A stretch of 64,000 nucleotides of DNA from Roseibacillus sp. (GTDB lineage: Bacteria; Verrucomicrobiota; Verrucomicrobiia; Verrucomicrobiales; Akkermansiaceae): positions 64,001 to 128,000 of the forward strand of contig CBDEUM010000038.1 of the NCBI GenBank assembly GCA_965242925.1, written 5' to 3'. Position numbers and translations under genes: made by a program. Below are positions 59,101 to 64,000 of this stretch, piece after piece; the stretch's first letter is position 1, and each line of letters starts with the position of its first letter. The notes below the pieces were generated by a model. That model ran no database searches. It had not been told where the DNA came from and saw only the letters and a program-made list of their open reading frames with translations.

Positions 59101-60574
59101 GGCGTGGTTTTATATCGAAGATGGAGTCGGTCCCAATGACGATGACCAGACCGGGGCGGGCAACGGCAATGGACCAGGAAAGTGGGTGCGGGCTTCGGAG
59201 ACGGGGGCTGATCCAAATCTGCCGACTACCTTCTCCCGGGAGTTTCGCTTCAACTATGCGAACATCCCGCCCGGAAACGTTCCAGCGGTCCTGCATGTTC
59301 GCCTGAGGGAAGCCACCTCAGGGGTCCCCTCTACCTGGACAGGCACGGTAGGGGCAGCAGATGATACCAGGGGCTGGTATACCACCCTTACACGTAACGT
59401 AACGGCCAACGGGCCCGACCGGCGACTCTTCGTGGCCTTTCCTTCCACCGACGGGGAGGTGGTGGGCGATGATTATGTGCTCAAGGCCTACTTCTCCAAG
59501 AATCTCGGGAACGGGATTTCTGACCAGCAGCTCATCGACGAGTTCTCCATTGCAATCGGAAGCCGATTGAGCGGATCCCCGGCTGGAGCGGTGGATCAGG
59601 ACAAGGATCTCATCAGCATCGTCCGTGATGAGACGGCCGACTACCACGCCCTGGCCTTTGACGTGCCCGAACTCTGGACTGGCGATCCCGGGTTCCTGCA
59701 TCATGTCCAAGTGAGTCATTCGCGGGGAGGGATTGAACTGCTGGGCACCCGGATTGTACGGGCTGCCGAGGTGGTGGAACCCTTCGTGAGCGTGGTGCAA
59801 CCTCCGGCCTTTGACGGGGGAGGGCAGCCCTGGGTGGAGGGTATCCCTGATGTGGCCAATCCGACCCCCTGGCAGAGGGAGATTCCCATCCGGATCGGGA
59901 CGGACGCCGACGCAGGGCATCTTACCATCACCTTCGAACAGGGCAGTGGAACGCTCGTCTTTGTGCAAGTTGTTCCGGTCGGAATCCAACAGTCCTGGGA
60001 CTATCGGTGGATCGGGGTTTCCCCCGGTTTCTACCGCATCCGGGTGGATGTGAGAGTCAGCCGGACCGGTCCGATTATGGCCACCACCACCCGTGATATC
60101 ACCGTGGTCCTGGAGCCCTCGGTTCCGCCCGGGCAGGACAACGATGCGGATAGCTTGCCCGACTGGTGGGAAATCGCGCACGGACTCAACATTGCGGACA
60201 ATGGGAGTGCACCAGAAAGTGCAGGGAACGGGCCGGAGGGAGATCCTGATGGCGACGGCATTCTGAATTTCACTGAATTTCTGGTGGGGCTGGATCCCAA
60301 GCAGGCGGATCGGGGTGTCTTTCCGAGTCTCCAGGTTGCTGCCAATCGGGATGGCAGTGTCCGCTTGAGGTTCCCGGGCATTCCGGACCGCTACTATACC
60401 GTTTCCTGGAGTTCTGACCTGAAGCACTGGACCACGCTGGGCGCAATCATTGACACGGGGGCGGAGGTCCTTCCCGCAACCTACGAGGTCACTGACGCCG
60501 GTCCACCGGGGTCTCCGAGTCATCCAGCCGTCATCGGGCGGCGGTTTTACCGGTTGGAGGTTGCGCTGCCCTGA
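56144..60574 (+). CDS. Large secreted GH13 alpha-amylase-family protein
   Basis: Signal peptide; LWLPPP, GYDLFD, MNH and catalytic RLDAVKH, GE, SHD; long beta-rich extension, DxDxD repeats, C-terminal SSDLKHW...FYRL domain. Confidence 0.85.
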   Translation: MRFPWRPAALLLLTVSLVRGEAMLQYFNTSWREIRQKVPEIAEAGYESLWLPPPTKAGGGFSVGYDLFDRFDLGSKDQKGSVATRYGTEQELLDLIRVAHRFGIRVYFDSIMNHNGFDVPRYNEFVAEDVYPGFRPGDFHLRETGDGFYQKWDNTRDWGSTWQVQNLGLSGLIDIANEPGPTNRNHGPFEGDTRSKPLFLRHPDNPDYYCYVPSGPGQTHAANEGTYVGFGTSNGITRASLQANESFYQEVVEDMLHRSLRWQLDRTNVDGARLDAVKHTPADFFGATFGADRDTSDYGYLGQAQRQFNLSRGYLDANHRDTVFSIDAPRDDAMFFGEHLGAPPAYGPYIDAGMRLIDNDLRNNLNDILGNPSATLAGYDQPGAGGFSPSVSVMHAQSHDNDFAVRRELQHAFYFTRDGLPLVYTDGNYHAGTLEGSGGAFPRHANTSFLGQFGDNRLPNLAFLHQHFARGFQRPRWADNDFVAYERIDKRENGGMSDDAGVVAIVLVNDNYASGSSRHIGTTFPSTPFVDDAYLYQYARGYGSQTGFFKYASQLDEVVVDPGSYMVFSYRTPEESRAWSEIGGRAIEIFQEGGRADSMTVTRRDGPDGDEGFSGPFANPGFHPRSSDLGGVGGTDFEYEVEIPRVTDVGNLKFVFRADRSTSNILCKLDGGVDLNGRRPAGNGDPGFRDNPPALSTDVFLGYEQPDFVERMGPEKFAARNTSRCALDAAEAENWAIRIGSGRFSHVNGEGNNSTPPDTVQFVYHDPEAALPGSIGNGNHYRETPNSIEVHVKTNSGLGGYRGALYYTLDRSVPLGAGGIGANASTLTVPMNWVGDAEGGSWWKGTITPRRVGTVRYMAAVRRATVNPLFPRGADEVADKRHGMTVFEIDGFNGETVEFFPHNDYAKTPDQDSFVMETGLDEGFHILRARAFLERTGKASLYNTFQQTFYYDAGRPQGEIVFPSENDILSDQNFEVVVRADASVGEAWFYIEDGVGPNDDDQTGAGNGNGPGKWVRASETGADPNLPTTFSREFRFNYANIPPGNVPAVLHVRLREATSGVPSTWTGTVGAADDTRGWYTTLTRNVTANGPDRRLFVAFPSTDGEVVGDDYVLKAYFSKNLGNGISDQQLIDEFSIAIGSRLSGSPAGAVDQDKDLISIVRDETADYHALAFDVPELWTGDPGFLHHVQVSHSRGGIELLGTRIVRAAEVVEPFVSVVQPPAFDGGGQPWVEGIPDVANPTPWQREIPIRIGTDADAGHLTITFEQGSGTLVFVQVVPVGIQQSWDYRWIGVSPGFYRIRVDVRVSRTGPIMATTTRDITVVLEPSVPPGQDNDADSLPDWWEIAHGLNIADNGSAPESAGNGPEGDPDGDGILNFTEFLVGLDPKQADRGVFPSLQVAANRDGSVRLRFPGIPDRYYTVSWSSDLKHWTTLGAIIDTGAEVLPATYEVTDAGPPGSPSHPAVIGRRFYRLEVALP

Positions 60575-60635
60575 GGATCACTCCGCCCCCGGGCAGGGCT
60601 CCCGCAGAACAGGGAATTTCCGGGCCAACTCTTCC

Positions 60636-61487
60636 CTAGAGCACCTGTTCGACGAAGTCCGCACGGGAGAAGGCATCGAACTGGTCCGGTTCCTCACCGG
60701 TCCCGATGAAACGTGGGGGAATGTCCAGTTCCTGCTGGATGGCCACCGTCACCCCTCCCTTTCCTGATCCGTCGAGCTTGGTCACGATCACCCCATCGAG
60801 AGGGACGGCCTTGTTGAACTCGCGGGCCTGATTGAGGGCATTACTCCCCGTGGTGGCGTCGACCACCAGGAGGGTGTGGTGGGGGGCACTTTCGTCCTGC
60901 TTGCCCAGTGTGCGACGAATCTTGCCCAGCTCCTCCATCAGATTGTGACGAGTGTGAAGGCGTCCAGCCGTGTCACAGATGAGGACCTGGACACCGTCGG
61001 TGAGAGCTTTCTGGTGGGCGGTGTAACAGACCGAGGCCGGGTCGGCATTGGGGGAGCCCTTGACCAGCGGGATATCAAGGCGCTCCGCCCATCGCTCCAG
61101 CTGCTCCACTGCTGCGGCACGGAAGGTGTCCGCTGCACCGAGCAGCACCGAGATTCCCTGCTGCGCAAACAGATTGCCGAGCTTGGCTGCGGAAGTTGTC
61201 TTGCCCGTTCCGTTGACCCCTACCACCAGAATGACCAACGGGGAGCCGTCTTCAGGCAGTTCAAGGGTGTGATCGTCATCGGGAAATACCTGCAAGATAC
61301 GTTCGCGTGCGGCCTGCACCACGTCCTCGGCCGAGATCTTGCGACCCAGGTTGCGCAGATTCTCGACGATTTCCAGCGAGGTTCGCACCCCCAGGTCGGC
61401 CGCAATGAGATCGGCCTCAAGTTCGTCCCAGTCAACGTCCGCCCTGTTGGCGACCTTGTTGTAGAGGTTTTTGAAGAAGCCAGCCAT
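60636..61487 (-). CDS. ftsY: SRP receptor FtsY (NG domain only)
   Basis: GVNGTGKTT, DTFRAAA, DTAGR, TKLDGSGKGG, IGTGE. Confidence 0.96.
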   Translation of the reverse strand: MAGFFKNLYNKVANRADVDWDELEADLIAADLGVRTSLEIVENLRNLGRKISAEDVVQAARERILQVFPDDDHTLELPEDGSPLVILVVGVNGTGKTTSAAKLGNLFAQQGISVLLGAADTFRAAAVEQLERWAERLDIPLVKGSPNADPASVCYTAHQKALTDGVQVLICDTAGRLHTRHNLMEELGKIRRTLGKQDESAPHHTLLVVDATTGSNALNQAREFNKAVPLDGVIVTKLDGSGKGGVTVAIQQELDIPPRFIGTGEEPDQFDAFSRADFVEQVL

Positions 61488-61636
61488 GCGGGGTTGTCAG
61501 TGGTCGATATTCGGCAGAAGGGGGGCTTGCTGCGGCGTAGCCCAGCGAAGACGGTCGGAGGTTCTCGTATTCTTCCCCTGAGGCAAGGATTTTGCTCTCG
61601 GCGAGATCGCAGGCCCTCCAGGTGTGCGGAGCGCTC

Positions 61637-62428
61637 CTACTTCTCCAGCGTCCTCCGCAGTCTGCCGGGGAAATCGGTGGTGATGGAGCGGGATCCCATC
61701 TTCAGGAAGCGCCGGGCGATGGCAGGGTCATTGACGGTCCAGACATGGTGCTGGAACCCGGCCTTTGACAGGGTGTCGAGGTGTTTCTTGCGGAGATCCG
61801 GATGAGTGCTGGAGCCGAGTCCGTCAGCCTTGATGGTCTTCAGGATGCCGAGCAGGCGCGGGAGCTCCTTGTCGGGGGCGTTGCGGGTGCGCTTGTCGAA
61901 GCCGTAGAGCCAGTTCACGCTCCAATCCGGTCGCTTCTCCTTGACGGATTTGACCACCTTCTCATCAAAGGAAATGATGACGATCTGCCCGTCGGCAAGG
62001 CCACTGGCCGTCACAACCTTCAGGAGAGGGGGCACGATTTCAGGACCGCTCTTGATTTCGATGTAGATCTTTTTCTCCGGAGGCACGGTGGCCAGGACTT
62101 CTTCCAGGGCAGGCATGCGAGTGCCGGAAAACTTCTCGTCCTTCCAGGAGCCGGCATCAAGGGTCTGAAGTTCGGCAAATGTGCTTTTTCTGAGGGTCAG
62201 ATTCCTGCCCGTCAGCTTCTTTGTGTTGGAATCGTGAAAGCACACGATCCTTCCGTCCCTGGTGAGGTGGAAGTCTCCCTCGATAGCGTCGGCTCTCTGC
62301 TGCCAGGCAAGTTTGAAAGCTGGCAGGGTGTTTTCCGGAGCCTCCCCGGATGCCCCCCGGTGTGCTACGATGAAGGGATCAGCGAAGGAACTCACGGTGA
62401 GCAGCAGCAGACAGGCAAGGGGTTTCAT
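61637..62428 (-). CDS. Secreted glycerophosphodiester phosphodiesterase
   Basis: AHRGAS..APENT, IEGD, HD, IEIK, WTVN, ITTDFP; signal peptide MKPLACLLLL. Confidence 0.9.
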   Translation of the reverse strand: MKPLACLLLLTVSSFADPFIVAHRGASGEAPENTLPAFKLAWQQRADAIEGDFHLTRDGRIVCFHDSNTKKLTGRNLTLRKSTFAELQTLDAGSWKDEKFSGTRMPALEEVLATVPPEKKIYIEIKSGPEIVPPLLKVVTASGLADGQIVIISFDEKVVKSVKEKRPDWSVNWLYGFDKRTRNAPDKELPRLLGILKTIKADGLGSSTHPDLRKKHLDTLSKAGFQHHVWTVNDPAIARRFLKMGSRSITTDFPGRLRRTLEK

Positions 62429-62785
62429 GATCGAAAGAGGGCCAAGGGAACACTCTTGGCCGGGCTTCTGCAACTGTCCAGCGCCTCCGCGTGTTCCTGC
62501 AGGAGGCAGGGAATGTCATAAGGTTGCATGCCTTTCATGCCCCAAGTCATGGGCCAGTTGAAGATCCTGGGCGTCGAGTCTCATTACGGCTCATACAGTC
62601 CCTATCCCAATGACGGTTCCTGTCGTGACACCCCCATGGAGCCGATCAGGTTTCCTTTCAGACCGAAATCCATGTCAAAGAAGCCGAAGTTATAAGGCAA
62701 AAAACAGAATGTTAGAGATTACACCGGCCATGCCGCCGCCGATTTTCCCCTTCATGATAAACAGTGCGAATTGTGAGGGATCACG

Positions 62786-63508
62786 TCACAGTTCCTTGAG
62801 ATAGAGTCGGCGCCACTTCACGTGGGCGGATTTTCCGCCGTGGACCTGCAGGGCGATGAACCCTTCCGGAGTGAAATTCTTTTCATCTGTATCCTCGAAG
62901 TCGGCGCGTGCCACTCCATTGAGCCAGGTCTGGATGCGTTTGCCGTGGCACTTGATGACGATAGTGTTCCAGTCATCCCACTTGAAACTTTCCTGGCCCC
63001 GGATGGTGAACTCCTTTCCGGCGTCCCTGTCACTCTCCCTGGAGAACTTCCCAGGATAGAGCCAGCCACGTCTGGCCTCGTCGTAGATGCCTGCCGTGTA
63101 GGAGCGGTTCCTGTTATTGTCGTGTTCGCACTGGTAGCCGAAGACCCGGCCGTTGCCGTTGCGCTGCTGGGAGCGGAACTGGCATCCTGAATTGCCGGAG
63201 GGATCAGCGAACCGGAACTGGAATACGAAGATGAAGTCCCGATAGCTCTTTTCACTGCAGAGGAAGGTGTTCCCCCGAATATTCTTCCCGTAGCCCACGA
63301 TGGCATCGTCCTCCACCTTGTATTTTCCGGTGCCCCCGGCCTTGCGCCAGCCCTTCAGCGTCTTTCCATCGAAGAGGGCAGTAAACCCGGCGTCGCTCAG
63401 GGCCTTGGGATTCGCCTTGGCCGGAAGGCCAGAATCCTTCTTCGGTTCACCATCCAGGGGAGTGGCCAGGAGCGGCAGGAGGACTGCCAGAGGGGACAGG
63501 GTCTTCAT
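62786..63508 (-). CDS. Secreted DUF1080 (3-keto-disaccharide hydrolase family) protein
   Basis: LFDGKTLKGW, NSG.QFRS, GYQ, WN, GFIALQVH; start at 63508 or 63517. Confidence 0.85.
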   Translation of the reverse strand: MKTLSPLAVLLPLLATPLDGEPKKDSGLPAKANPKALSDAGFTALFDGKTLKGWRKAGGTGKYKVEDDAIVGYGKNIRGNTFLCSEKSYRDFIFVFQFRFADPSGNSGCQFRSQQRNGNGRVFGYQCEHDNNRNRSYTAGIYDEARRGWLYPGKFSRESDRDAGKEFTIRGQESFKWDDWNTIVIKCHGKRIQTWLNGVARADFEDTDEKNFTPEGFIALQVHGGKSAHVKWRRLYLKEL

Positions 63509-63555
63509 TCCCGTCATGGTCAGAGAGGAAATCAGTCGTGACGAGGACAAACCAG

Positions 63556-64000
63556 TCAGCTCAGTGTCAGTAAGTTTTTGTGCAAGCTCCTGACCTGCTC
63601 TTCCTCATGGGCAGCGGAGAGGGTGATCCGCAGCCGGGCAGAGCCCCGGGGAACAGTGGGAAAGCGCACGGCAGGTGCCAGATACCCGGCCCCCAGAAGC
63701 GAGCGAGCTGCTTGCAGGGCGGGTTCGTTTTCACCAAAAATCAGAGGAGCAATCGCACTCCGGGCTTCCGTTCCCCGCAGCTTTGAGAAAGTCGAGATGT
63801 TGGACCACAGACGCTCGCGCAGATTCCGGCCGCGTGCGGAAGCGATGACCCTGAGGCCGCGGCTTGAAGCCGCCACCTGGGCGGGAGGAGGAGCCGTTGA
63901 GTAGACGAACGGGCGCGCCTTGTTGAGAAGAAGGTCGATCCATCTGCGCTCGGCTGCCAGATAGCCTCCCGCAGAACCAACCGCTTTGCCCAGCGTGCCC
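63556..64000 (-). CDS. bioF: 8-amino-7-oxononanoate synthase, 3' part (runs off window end)
   Basis: Hand translation GTLGKAVGSAGGY, FVYSTAPPP, AVRFPTVPRGSARLRITLSAAH. Confidence 0.9.
   Translation of the reverse strand, partial: GTLGKAVGSAGGYLAAERRWIDLLLNKARPFVYSTAPPPAQVAASSRGLRVIASARGRNLRERLWSNISTFSKLRGTEARSAIAPLIFGENEPALQAARSLLGAGYLAPAVRFPTVPRGSARLRITLSAAHEEEQVRSLHKNLLTLS

Noticed and set aside
60636..61487. Short FtsY as a truncated gene
   Set aside because: NG-only FtsY without the acidic domain is common, and the N-terminal MAGFFKNL helix is present.
62771..62791. TTGTGA...TCACA as a Rex or CRP operator
   Set aside because: Half-site spacing fits neither consensus and it overlaps a gene 3' end.

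Overview
High-GC bacterial chromosome segment, most likely Verrucomicrobiota (inferred from the murC-murB fusion, the LysM gene inside the dcw cluster and the divergent FtsZ). 1-15.3 kb is the division/cell-wall cluster (murE partial, murF, mraY, murD, LysM gene, ftsW, murG, murC-murB, ddl, ftsQ, ftsA, ftsZ), followed by typA, a split metH and a sugar-oxidation operon. A tRNA-Leu with the rare anticodon AAG (24674-24757) precedes a lower-GC accessory region (about 24.9-35 kb). That region holds a mosaic lipoprotein with a 19-bp in-frame inverted-repeat partner 4.5 kb away, gene fragments, an IS3 end, integron-type attC sites before secreted phosphoesterase genes with no integrase visible, and repeat-rich surface proteins. 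The rest is mostly housekeeping: an Fe3+-type ABC transporter whose binding protein is frameshifted, a DMT transporter, fused serine dehydratase, lysA, a degenerate PAP2 protein, two tandem type II glutamine synthetases (sigma54-like and sigma70-like promoters), a kinase-PP2C fusion, rex, an ECF sigma with a YfbK-like partner, mgtE, a large GH13 enzyme, ftsY, GDPD, DUF1080 and partial bioF. All calls come from reading motifs by eye; no database searches were run.
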